From contig BAAIJX010000009.1 in the NCBI GenBank assembly GCA_054600435.1, positions 124,001 through 188,000 of the forward strand: a stretch of 64,000 nt of DNA, in the 5' to 3' direction. How positions within the stretch are numbered: the first letter of the stretch is position 1; every line of letters begins with the position of its first letter. Made by a program: the position numbers and the translations under genes. Positions 32,407-43,622 of this stretch are shown here, one piece after another. Under the pieces are notes generated by a model. It ran no database searches. It was not told the DNA's origin and saw nothing but the letters and a program-made list of their open reading frames with translations. This stretch comes from Neophaeotheca triangularis. Lineage: Eukaryota.

Positions 32407-34353
32407 ATTCTTAAAGCCTACCCACGCGAGGGTGTTCCTTTGCGACACGGCAGTGACCCTCGATTCCCTAGACGCAGGACCCAAGCGACACAAGCCCCGG
32501 ATGCAGAGGACCCACGTTTGCTGCCGCACAAGAGTCTGCCTACAACTACTACTCTGCGGCTATCCGTCAATGTTTGACCTCGAAGAGGAACGTCCCGCCA
32601 CACTGGAATAGCAGGACCAGAAGCTAGAGCGAAAGCGGCTTCGTTTACGGGCGGCGCGGTACGGTGTCGGGAGCGGCGTACTCGCAGCACCTCCAGTCGC
32701 TCAGTCACGCAAAGACAACGTGGTACTACAGCGCAAACCCTCCCTCAGCTTCGAGTCCTCTGCCCAACAGTCCTCGTAGTGACTGGGCGCACGGGGCGCG
32801 ACACGTCCTTGCAGGTGGAGTACTGGGGCTGATGGATGGAGCAGGTGCGTGGTACGGCAAGCTCTTTGGTCGGCAAAAGCGATGCTAGAGAGATGCCTCG
32901 TGCCTCTCACACGATGTCCCAGTGAAACCCACCTCGTGCCAATAAGCTCCCGCAGAAGGCGTAGTCGTGCAGCGGCTCAGTCCGGTGAGAGGCGTCGAGG
33001 CAATGATCGGGACGCTTGAGTCTGTTGTGCGTAGAGACGAGTGGGCACTGGAAGGCCCAGCAAAGCGTTTCGTGGTGGTGCTGTGCAACATTCGCCTCCA
33101 CTCATGTCGCAGTGCGGCCCATGTCGCTGGGCCACAAGGAGATGCGCAGCAGGAACAATGGGGTATATTCTGGACGGGTACGCGCGACAGTGTTTCGCCG
33201 GTTCCAAGGCAGAGGTGCTTTGACGTTCGCGGCGCACGGAGGGGTGGTGTGGTGGTGGTGGTGGTGGTGGAGGAGCAATTGCCCGCCAAACTGCCTCTTG
33301 TTGGTGGGTGTAGCGTCGAATGGTGCGGTCTGGTCTAGTGCGTTCCTTTAGAGTACGTGTTGTCGATTGCCTAATGTATGCAGTGATAGTATAAACAAGT
33401 ACAGTCAGTTGCTGCTGCTGCTGCAGGTCATTGATTACTGTAGGTAGGTATGTACTGTACCTAGTAGTCGATCAACACCTCAAGGTTGCTTTCCCCAGTG
33501 TTGGCAGCAAGCCGACCGAGCAGGCCGAACAGCTTCCCCACCACCACCTGGCTGACCTGGCAGAATCCATGCATTTTCGCTTAATTGCCCGCCCCTCCCT
33601 CTATCAGTCAGTACCTTACCAACCTTACCTACTGTAGGTACTTCTTACTACTAGTAGTACTACTACTACTACCTTACTGTGCCTTATCATCCTACCGAGG
33701 TACACTGTAATCAACCCAAACACCACAAGATATTCATGATTCATCATTCATCATTCAATATCCCAGCCAAGAGGAGCGCCATGCCTTCTACTTTGGGCAT
33801 TGCGCAGCTGTCTAGCCACGTTGCCTGTCACCGCCCTTTTCCGCCGCTCGCAGGTCGACGAAACGCTACACAGGCTCTGATTGAACTGTAGGTACTAGGT
33901 AGGTACGAGGAGGTAGGTACTGTACAAATCAATACCTAATCACCGAGCCAAGGGATGCCGGCGTCAAAATCTCAGTCGTCTACTCTGCTGGGTCCTCGCA
34001 CAAGATCTTCCCCTGCAAATCTATATGCGGCGCCAACAGCAACAAGCACCTGGGCACATTATCATTGTGCCACACCGTCTCCCAGCCCAGTGGTGTCACG
34101 TGGCATACACCCCCCATGCAACGGCACCTGACCTTTGATCTTACTGGCCACGCGTTTAGCGAAGGAAATGCCCCAAAAACGAAGACTGGTGAGAAGCCGT
34201 GCAACAGCACAGGGGCGGGCATATTCTTTTCTGGCCATCTCATCATGCCCGTGTACCTCATCGAGCTCTTGTTTGTTTCCCAACAAAACCTGCAGTTTCT
34301 TTACGCATGCGTCCTGCGAGACCGTGGAGAGCTTCACTGCCCCAATCCGGCGT

Positions 34354-37075
34354 TTACCCCTGCGCGAAGCGTGATCTGCCCCTGAGCCGCTTTCCGAATC
34401 TGAAGAAAACGTAGGCTGGAGTGCGCAATGATCAGCTCATCTGCCCATGGTACTGGGAACTATACTTGCGACGTGTTGTGGGACGATACTACTTACGAAA
34501 CGGCGTCATTGCGAGGGCCAGGAAAGCGAGGAGAGAGCTCGCCCACTGATAGCCGAGTGCTGCGTTCAATATCGAGTCAGTTCTGACCGCTCTTGTGTTG
34601 GATTGGTGCTGATTGTTTCTTTCTAATTTCGAGGACGCTGACTTACTGTTGTACATCTGAGCACATTCGCCAAATCTCAAATCAGCCTGGCTGCTCCTTG
34701 GCACGATTGACGCTGATTGTCGCTTTTCACAGCTGACCTACCTGAACACCGAACAACCTGAATGACGGTCACGTCAGCAATCTCTCCTTCGAATACGACC
34801 GTCGTTTGACTGGATTGCACTTACGGGAATGCCGCTGCGAAGCTCGATCGCGCAAATGAGTTTGCTGCCAGGGCACTTGCCGCATAGAGCGGGTACTGTA
34901 TACGGCGTCAGCATGCTGCACTTATTGCCGGGTTCGGTCTCCCATCATCGATCAAGGCCAAGAGCCCAATCAAAGCAGGCGGGAACCTACACATTCGACC
35001 AGAAACGTGCTACAGCATCGTCAGCACGTGCTGCCTTCCCAGAGCCATGAGAACGACACTTACAAGATCCCGCTAAAGCAGAATATATTGCCAATACCAA
35101 AGAGCGTACTGAAAATGATCGGCACTGCAGGCTTCCCGTCAGCATGACTTTCTGGCCCGTTGCTCTGGGGATCACCGAGGTATGCGACTCGATCGTACCT
35201 ATCCAATGTACCCTATGAGGTCCCAACAAAGCACAAGGTCAGCAAGCGTGACTTCAAACCGGCAGTCTAGTCCTCCCGCCGTCAGGAACGAGCTGGAAGC
35301 CGTCTGGAGCACCTACCGAGGATACGTGGTCCAGCCGAAACCTGCATTGCATGATGCATCAGTAAGTCATGGTCAACGCAGCGAATGATCGAGGAAGAAT
35401 GCAAGTTTGCAAGCAGGACCTCGCGGCCATTTCACGGTGTTACTCACCAAACAGGCTGATTGGTACCAATACCGCTCCTCTAAGTCGTACGCGTCAGCAA
35501 TCGTCGCAGTCGCTATAGGAAGAGAAGTGCCGTGGACGTACAGGATTGTGGGAGGTAGTCGAAACTCCGGCTCCGAGACACCGTTGTTGTTACGCACGAG
35601 TCTTGCGTCTGGTGAAGTTGAGACCTCTCATCAGCGTGCTATTTTGAAAGAATCGGAGCATGGAGTGCAAAAGCGGCCGTGGTGACGCTTACAGTTCCTT
35701 TTCCACAACGGATCGCAGCTGACTCCGCTAATCATGCCGACGAAAATGCCCAAAAACGACATTCCAGTCTGCCATTGGTTGAAGCCGTGGTTGTTCTGGA
35801 ATACAAGAGCGAAAGCCTGAATTGAAGAGTTAGCTGCCTGGATCTTGTCCACTCATATCGATTCTCGAGTGCTCCTCACACCAAAAAACAGGTAGAGCAC
35901 TCCTAGCAGGATGGCACTCAACAAGCAAAGATTGAGGCACATCTGCTCAAGGACCAGCAATTGGAACGGTCGTATGCAACTCCACATGACAGTCTTTGCC
36001 ACAGACTTGCTCATCTTTTCTATCGGAGCCGTCCATCTGTCGTCGCCGGTGTCCTTCCGCATTTGACGCGCTTTCCTCCGCAGCAATACTGGACTGTAAG
36101 TTTCCGGAACGAAAAACAGAATCAAAAGCCACTCTACTCCAGCCCAGATGATGAGGACATAAAACGACCACCTCCAATCAACAAACTGATTAATAAACCC
36201 TCCGATCATGGGCCCAACCTTGCAACAGAACGGATCAGCACGGAGCATCCTCCCTTTACCACAAAGCGATCCTCACAACCTACCTCAGGCCCAACAAAAG
36301 GACTAGCCGTATAAACCATCATCGGCAAACTCAACCGCTCCTTGGGAAACATATCCCCCACGGTTCCCCCAGCCACACTCAAAAACGCACTCCCGGCAAA
36401 CCCATCCAGAAACCTTGCCACCAACATCGTCGCCAAATTCTGCGCAACCGCACATGGCACAAGCCAAACCAAATACATGCCAAAAGCACCAATGTAAATG
36501 GGTCTGCGGCCGTAAAACTCTGACAGCGGGCTTAGAAACATGGGACCTAACCCCAAACCCGCGACGAAGAGTGAGAGTCCTAGTGTCGCTACTAGTCGTG
36601 AGATTCCTAGTTCGGGTTCCAATTGTGGGTAGGTTTGCGTGTAGAGCGCGCTGGCGCAGGTTACGCAGAGCGCGGAGGAGGAAAGGATTAGTACTATGGC
36701 CCATTTGCGGGCGGTGGACTTGTTGCGAGGGGAGAGAGGGTCTGTGTCGTCTGGGAGGAAGGAGACGGTGAAGTCCTTTTCCGAGTCATCTTCTGCTGCT
36801 GCTGCCGCCGGGGGTGGGGAGGGGCTCGCGTCTTCGGCTTTGCTTTCGTCTCTTGCGCCGGGCTTCGATGTACTCTCCGCTGCTCTGCCCTCTACCTCCC
36901 CTCCCTCTTTAGCATGCGAGTTGCCTTGTTGCGCAAACACCATTTTCGCATCTCCCACCGTGCTATCTCCCCCCGACTCTTCCCCCCGACTCCCCTCCTC
37001 CAGCTCCGAGTCCACGGGACTCGGCGCAGACTCGCTGCTCTTTTCAGTTCCCACCATGATCCCGAACTTTCCCAT
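34354..37075 (-). CDS. MFS drug:H+ antiporter (DHA1-type), 564 aa, 14 exons: 37075-36284, 36218-35880, 35816-35693, 35608-35542, 35479-35448, 35341-35317, 35212-35199, 35124-35064, 35009-34991, 34895-34825, 34757-34742, 34656-34647, 34559-34497, 34415-34354
   Basis: All 13 introns have GT donors, branch sites and AG acceptors. Exons sum to 1695 nt in one frame with DHA1 motifs PLSEFYGRRPIY, GGTVGDMF, WRWSFY, PETY, PEFRLP, FGWTTYPRVHWIVP, YPLYAASALAAN, LGYQWASSLLAFL, PYVFFRFGKRLR. Start ATG 37075 or 37057. Confidence 0.9.
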
Positions 37076-37848
37076 ACCACAGCCTGTATTCTTTTTTTGC
37101 TCCAGCTCCCTCGTCTCCGTGCTTTCAATCTTCAATCTAACGTATATCTAACGCAACACTCGTCTCCGTCTTCTTCCAAAGCTTTCGCGTCGTCCTGATC
37201 CATCACACGCGCCGCAGCCGTGATTCCCGACTGGCACAAACCCTAACCGGACGTTCGACGTTCGAGGTTGGTGGGGTGGTTCAAGTGATAGGAATGGAGA
37301 GAACAGAACAAGTCACACCCTTTACGACGATAATGAGCGGCAGAGACGACACTTGCATCTTCCAGTCTAGCGGTTAAGACGGCAACAGGTATGTAATCAG
37401 CAATAATCATTTACACTAGTTTATTACCTAGACGCGACACTATAGAGGTGTGGTCATAATTAATTCCCTTGAAGCTCTGCCGAAATCGCTCGCCAGCGGG
37501 CAGCTTTCCCCACGGCTGGCTGTGCACGTCATTCGGCGACAGTTGGAGCACGTCTTGGGGTTAAGGTAATGTCCATGTTAAAGCCGGGCTACATAACTTG
37601 TCCTTTGGGTTTGCATAGAAACCGATATCCGTGGCCGTGGACAATTTATTGCAAATGGAAGAAATCGAGAGAAGTTGTTTGCTTGGGGACGAGTTTTCGA
37701 CTCGGATTCTACAGTTGATGGAAGGTGTGGAATTTACCGATCTGCTTAGGTAGCAATTGTGGCAGGACAGTCTTCTCCTGTGGTGTGAGCCACCACGACC
37801 TGATGCCTATCTCCGCTCTAAATACTTCGTTACCAGCCAACAGGCCCA

Positions 37849-39618
37849 CTAACTCGTTGCGTCTCTACCTTCACGCCCCTCCATCTCCTCGTCCTCATCC
37901 CCATCAAGATACCCCATTACCCCCTTCCCCTTCCTGGACCTCACAGCCTCCAATTCCCTCTCCTGGCCGCGCAAATCCCTTTCAGCCCAGCGCTGCTCTT
38001 TTTCCGCCTTCTGCCTCTCCTCCTCGACCCTCCTCTCCCGCTCCCTCATCGCATGCTCCCTCTTAGCCCTTTCCGCGACCTTCTTGACCCGCTCCGCCCG
38101 CTGCTGCTCATCCAACTCCGCGTCCTCACCTTCAGGCGCAGGCGGGAGCTTCGCGATGTGCTGCCGCAGCAACTCCTCACGCGTCGACGCCGCCAAGCTG
38201 ATGAAATGCAAATGCGAGAGCAGCGCTTGCGGCAGCGCGTCGACCGTCGTGGAAGCGTTGAGAGCCGAGAGCGGCATCGAGCGCAGCAGATTCTGGAAAT
38301 CCGCTTTGCGAGTTGCTTCAGGTAGTTTGAGTCTGCTGACGTGGTCGCGGTATAGTTTTTCTCGCTCTTTATCGGCGATTTTGCGGTCATTCATGGCGTC
38401 CTCGCGCTTGTATTTGCGTTTGAATTCTGGCCAGTAGAGGGTTGGTTTCGCTTTGTCGGCAAGGAAGGCCAGGTAAGGGATATGTGGGTCGCGTTTCTCC
38501 ATCTGAGCGCGCTCGACTTTGAGTTGGGAGATTTTCTCGCGCGTCCATTCGTCCCAGGTTTCTTTGCGGGCGCGCATCGAGTTGAGTACTGTGTAGCGGT
38601 CGTCGTTCAGAATGCTTGTGTTGCTCTCGTCGGTTGTGAGTCTGTCCCAGGGCGTGAAGGGGCTGATGTGGCAGTCGTCGAGCATGTCTTTAAAGAGGTT
38701 GGTGGCGTCTTCGGCGCTCAGGGGCAAGCCTTCTGCGCCTTCTTCCCATTCGCCTTCGTAGTCTTCTGGGTTGCCGTATTCCCCTGGGTCCAGCTCGTAG
38801 TCTTCGCCCATGGCTCGGAGTTGGTAAGCTATGTCGTCCTCACCAAACTCAACGGGGCCATCTTCCTGCGATGCTTCTCGATCCTGGCGCGGCGCTTGCC
38901 CAGCAGTCTCCTCTACTTCATCTCCTTCTTCGCCTTCCGAATCTGTGACTTCGACCTCCTCGTAGGAGTCATCGCTGTCATATCCGGCCTCTGCCTCCTT
39001 CTGAGCCTGTGGGATCCCCGCCTCAGTAGCCGCCTTTTTCGCATCCTGCTCCTCAGCATGCTCAGCCTGACGCGCCAACTCTGCCATGGCAACCTCCTCA
39101 TCCTCCCTCTGCAAACTCTCACTTCGCCTTCTCCGCGCTCTGCCCTCCTCGTCCGCCGCAGCATTGATCTGCGGCGCCTCTGCCTGATCTCTCATTGGTC
39201 GCAGCTCTCCCGTTGCCCATTGCGCACTCGGCGCGCGTTCATTCTGCCCCAATTCCAATCGATCAAACTCATCAACGGCAGCCTGCACATCCTGCGGAAC
39301 TTTCCAAAGACTCTGCTTAGATTGCGCGTTGTAAACGAACCGCCTGCCTAGCTTCGTCTTGACTAGACACCACTGGGGAAGTCCTGGAAGAGGGTGTTTG
39401 GACTTCGGCTTGTCGCTAGAGTGTAGTTGCTGATATTTTGCATGGCCGCGACCAATACTGTTGCCTGGGTGTAAATCTTTGGCGAATGCGCGTGGGCCGG
39501 TAGGAGCTTGAAAAGTGCCATTTTGAGCTGGCTGCTCTGTGCTTTGTACGGGCATACTGCTGGGTGTTTTATCGTAGGCAGATGGCGATGGCCGAAAACG
39601 CTTATTGGGCGATTCCAT
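37849..39618 (-). CDS. WW/FF-domain pre-mRNA splicing/transcription factor (Dre4/Urn1/TCERG1-like)
   Basis: WW-like LPGLPQWCLVKTKLGRRFVYNAQSKQSLWKVP; FF repeats FKDMLDDCHISPFTPWD...ILNDDRY and YWPEFKRKYK; coiled-coil C-terminus. Confidence 0.85.
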   Translation of the reverse strand: MESPNKRFRPSPSAYDKTPSSMPVQSTEQPAQNGTFQAPTGPRAFAKDLHPGNSIGRGHAKYQQLHSSDKPKSKHPLPGLPQWCLVKTKLGRRFVYNAQSKQSLWKVPQDVQAAVDEFDRLELGQNERAPSAQWATGELRPMRDQAEAPQINAAADEEGRARRRRSESLQREDEEVAMAELARQAEHAEEQDAKKAATEAGIPQAQKEAEAGYDSDDSYEEVEVTDSEGEEGDEVEETAGQAPRQDREASQEDGPVEFGEDDIAYQLRAMGEDYELDPGEYGNPEDYEGEWEEGAEGLPLSAEDATNLFKDMLDDCHISPFTPWDRLTTDESNTSILNDDRYTVLNSMRARKETWDEWTREKISQLKVERAQMEKRDPHIPYLAFLADKAKPTLYWPEFKRKYKREDAMNDRKIADKEREKLYRDHVSRLKLPEATRKADFQNLLRSMPLSALNASTTVDALPQALLSHLHFISLAASTREELLRQHIAKLPPAPEGEDAELDEQQRAERVKKVAERAKREHAMRERERRVEEERQKAEKEQRWAERDLRGQERELEAVRSRKGKGVMGYLDGDEDEEMEGREGRDATS

Positions 39619-39780
39619 GGCAGTTGCGATCAGTGTTTCAACGCTACCTATACGTTGTATTGACCAAATGAATTGATAAAGATGTTCCGTAAAAGTCGGG
39701 AGTGACGCGGAGGAAGTTGAAGTTGGTGATGGACCTGAGCACGGACTGGAGTTCAATCGCCGCGTACTGAGAGCTTGCCT

Positions 39781-39786
39781 GGAGCT
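39781..39786 (+). promoter_or_regulatory. GGAGCT element, candidate filamentous-fungal Rpn4 site, in the divergent promoter upstream of PRE9
   Basis: ctgaGAGCTtgcctGGAGCTtc about 165 bp upstream of a proteasome gene. GGAGCT has been reported as the proteasome-gene motif in filamentous ascomycetes (from memory). A single hexamer can arise by chance. Confidence 0.45.
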
Positions 39787-39945
39787 TCAGTGAGTAGCGA
39801 AACGGCCAACATTCCAACAACCACTACTAACTACACCATCAACCTCACCCACCCTCCAAGATACGAAGGAAATTGCTGCGACAGTCGTCGTTGATAGACT
39901 CCAGCAAGCCATCTCGAAGTTCCCGCTCACCTCACTACCGCCACC

Positions 39946-40809
39946 ATGTCACGACGCTACGATTCGCGAACGACCATCTTCTCGCCCGAAGGCCGTCTGT
40001 ACCAGGTCGAATACGCTCTTGAGGCCATCTCGCACGCCGGCACAGCAATAGGCATCCTCGCTCAAGATGGCATCGTGCTCGCGGCGGAAAGGAAGGTCAC
40101 GAGCAAGCTGCTAGAGCAAGACACGAGCGCAGAGAAGCTCTACATCCTGAACGAGTGCGTACCTCTCCTATACGCCTGAATATCCAACTAGCTACAGCAC
40201 TGACAATACCGCAACAGCAACATGATCACAGCAGTAGCGGGCATGACCGCCGACGCCAACATCCTCATCAACTACGCTCGCCAAGCCGCCCAACGCTACC
40301 TCCTCACCTACAACACCGACATTCCATGCGAGCAGCTCGTCCGTCGTCTGTGCGATCTCAAACAAGGCTACACGCAGCACGGTGGTCTACGCCCATTCGG
40401 TGTCTCCTTTATCTACGCCGGTTATGACAGCCAGCGACAATTCCAGCTCTACCAGTCGAACCCATCCGGCAACTACGGTGGCTGGCGGGCCACGAGCGTC
40501 GGCGCCAACAACGCTTCCGCCCAGAGTCTGCTCAAGCAGGACTACGACGAGAACTGCAACCTCAAGCAGGCGTGCGAGCTGGCTGTCAAGGTGCTCAGCA
40601 AGACTATGGACAGCACTAAGCTGTCGAGCGAGAAGATTGAGTTTGCGACTGTCGGCAAGACCAAAAACGGGACCATCTACCATCACATGTGGGGTGCCGA
40701 GGAGATCGACACGTTGTTGAAGGAGCATGGCTTGGGAAAGCCTGAGGGTGACTCCACCGAGGAGCGCATGGGCTCTGCTGGGTATGCGGAGAACAGGCCT
40801 GAGACGTAG
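39946..40809 (+). CDS. PRE9: 20S proteasome subunit alpha-3; exons 39946-40154 and 40218-40809
   Basis: [32 protein letters not shown]...[16 protein letters not shown]...[13 protein letters not shown]; 63-nt intron GTGCGT..ACTGAC..CAG. Confidence 0.97.
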
Positions 40810-41726
40810 GGGAGTGCCGTGGTCGTCAAAGATGATGGGGTTGAGCGTGTACTTATATTACCTGCATGCATGGCGCACAGCGGCGCAGGTTGGCATATGG
40901 TAGATTAAACAATGGCTATTGAGGCCTTTTATGAGCGAGCTGCGATTGCGTGGAAGCAGAAAGTCTCAAGAAGTGTTGCTTGGGTCCGTCGTGATCCCAC
41001 TAGGGAAGAATCCTTGGTCCTGGGGTGCTCGATTTGTTGCTCGCGAGAGTTCTGTAGCAGACAGTCCTTCGCTTCTAATACTACCTAGTACTTCATACAA
41101 TATAGAAGCCTCCAGCTTATGAGCAACTTCCAGGTCAGCTGAGTCAGCATGACCGCCTCTCTGCCCGCCGTAACTCACTTCACCTATAGGTAGGCTCCTA
41201 ACATGTAGTACCTACTCCCAGCCGACCTCGCCGACCTCCTTCACCCGGCCTCTGTATTGTTTGCCATCTGTCTTTGTACTGTACACTAGGATTCAAGCGA
41301 GAGAGGCTGTAGCCGACCTACAATGTAGTAGTAGCATCACATCTTCGCTGGCTAACCATGGCCGGGAGAGGGTCACATAGGTATGAAAAAGGAAGTCTTA
41401 CGGGCTAAACATCTCCGGCATCTTCTTACCGTCTTGTCTTCTGCAACTTACTTCTAAATCTCAAGAGTTACCCAAGCCAGGTCAGTACTATCGAACTCCT
41501 CGCCATTCAGCAGTAACGTGCCGTTGTGACCAGGGACTGTTCATGGACTTGGGATACTGAGCGAGCTCTCGTCCTCGAGTGAAAAGGATTCAAAATTAAC
41601 TTTACGCCCTCTCAATCTATTGCAAGTAAGTCAAAACCCAACGCCTGCACCATCTAATATCATCCTCTGTTCAGCAAGCAAACGCCATCACGCAGCCCCG
41701 TTTCTGGCTAACACCCAAGCAGCCCA

Positions 41727-42842
41727 TCACCGGGCCAAACCCTGCTCCTTCTGCTCCTTCTCGGCCCTCATGGCCTCAAGATCAACACAGTGCATCGCAC
41801 CCCCCCTGCGAAAGCACATCTCGTCCGCATCGACACAGTCCATGCTGTTGCCGCGACGGAAACACGGCTGCTTCTTGCCGTCCTCACGCTTCACCTTCTT
41901 GGTGCCGTTGAAGAAGCCCTTGATCGATTTCGCGAGAGTATTCGTGGGCTCGGCGCCGACCAGCTGGCGGCGGATCTGCTTGGCCCGCGAGTCCCGTCTG
42001 GTGGGTCGGGTGCAGGGGGCGGGCATATCTTTGGCGTGGTGGTGCTGCTTGCGGGCGACTTCGACGTGGGAGGGAAATTCCTTGGGCGGTTGGGATTTGG
42101 GGCTGATCTCCGTCGAGCAAGAATCTTCCTCGACCGTATCCTCGACCGGAAGCCGCGACCTCTCAACCATCTCAACAACCTCAGCGGGAACACGGAACTC
42201 CATCGATCTCTCGGCAAGCCCCTCTTTCGCGGGCTTGAACAGGTCATTCTCCCCTTTAGCCGGCGCCCAAAACTCTTCATGCTTCTGCGCCTCGACCGCC
42301 TTTGCCTGCTCCCCTTCCGCTTTCAGCGTCTCCTGTCTCTTCTTCTCCTCAATCGCCGCAGCAATCTCTGCATTCTTCTCCCGGCTCGCCTCGTCGTAAT
42401 CCGAGTGCCAGCGATGCATCTCCGGATTCCAAGTGCGGTACCACGAGTCGCGCAGGTTTTCGCCGCCGCCCATCACGTCGGCTAGGTCGAGCAGGGCATC
42501 CATGCCGAGGAGGCCGCCGCGGTTGCCGCCTCCATCTCGGCGGGCTAGGGTGGCGGCCGCCGTGGGGACGGGGGCCGCATCGTCGGTACCGGAGTTCTGG
42601 GTTGGCTTGGAGGAAGCAGAGTGTTGAACTGTTGGTACGACCATCGAGCCGTGGCCGTTGATTATGGTGCTGATGAGAGCGCGGCCTTTGCTGTCGACGA
42701 CGGCTTTCGTGGTCGTGGTGGTGGCTGAGGAGGGCGTGGGGCTGGCGTGGTGATGTTGCATCGGCCTCGTCATGACGAGGAGTTGCGCTTGCGACGAGGC
42801 TGCGCAGAGGGCCAGGAGGCCGACGGCGGGCTTGAACCACAT
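41727..42842 (-). CDS. Secreted hypothetical protein (371 aa) with dibasic sites and a duplicated Cys motif
   Basis: Signal-peptide-like MWFKPAVGLLALCAASSQA; S/T-rich segment; LARR, TRR, IRR and KVKR sites; C-terminal CFRRGNSMDCVD..CFRRGGAMHCVD. Confidence 0.75.
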   Translation of the reverse strand: MWFKPAVGLLALCAASSQAQLLVMTRPMQHHHASPTPSSATTTTTKAVVDSKGRALISTIINGHGSMVVPTVQHSASSKPTQNSGTDDAAPVPTAAATLARRDGGGNRGGLLGMDALLDLADVMGGGENLRDSWYRTWNPEMHRWHSDYDEASREKNAEIAAAIEEKKRQETLKAEGEQAKAVEAQKHEEFWAPAKGENDLFKPAKEGLAERSMEFRVPAEVVEMVERSRLPVEDTVEEDSCSTEISPKSQPPKEFPSHVEVARKQHHHAKDMPAPCTRPTRRDSRAKQIRRQLVGAEPTNTLAKSIKGFFNGTKKVKREDGKKQPCFRRGNSMDCVDADEMCFRRGGAMHCVDLEAMRAEKEQKEQGLAR

Positions 42843-43622
42843 CTTGCACAAGCTTGTCTCCGGCGAGGATGTGGGTTGATGTGGACACTTGGTTCGGTTT
42901 TAAGTGCTGTGGTAAGTACTGGCTGTCACGAGTGGACTATAGATGTATGGAAGAGATGCAGCTTAAAGATTGCCGCGGCCGAGATTTTATACTCGTGTGT
43001 CTGAGGCACTTGCGTAGGCTGATGACCTCGCATGACACGGCCGTCTGTATTTGGATGAGTAGCATATTGGTAATTTCCTCGAACGTCCAACGAGGGGCTT
43101 GCAATAGTAAGCAAATCTAGGTAGCTACTACACATTCGAATTGAATCCTCGGCTTTGCCCGTGAGATGGTTACGATCATTTTGGTCTCTGGACAGGCTAC
43201 TTCCAGTCCACCCCAATCTGTTGCACTCATCGATGGATTTCTAGTTCCTGAAATGTAGAATGACAGTTGAACATCGCAGCGGTTGATGCTTCTTTTTCAT
43301 TCTATTTCCTGGATGTAATAGCCCTAAATGACCTTCTAGCACTTCCTTCCAAATGGCAGTCCTGGTCTCAAGACATACCGAGCAAGTCTTTAAAGGGGCA
43401 TGAAGATGGTCTGCCCGTAGCGCTAGTCACCCAGGCCTCGACTATTGTACCTTTTCGGCACTGGCTAGCCATTTCGAGGTGCCAATGGCTGCCATTCCGC
43501 AGTGAAAGGTAAAGGCCTTTATAGATTGCTCCCACGGCGCAGCGTGAAAGTTAGTAGAAGCGTAAAGTGCGCCGAGGGCGTGAAAGGCTTCTAGCACGGG
43601 GTACTGGCACTCGACGACTTCA

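Noticed and set aside
37238..37248. AAACCCTAACC as telomere repeat or telomerase RNA template
   Set aside because: Single short copy in a promoter; no pseudoknot or repeat array.
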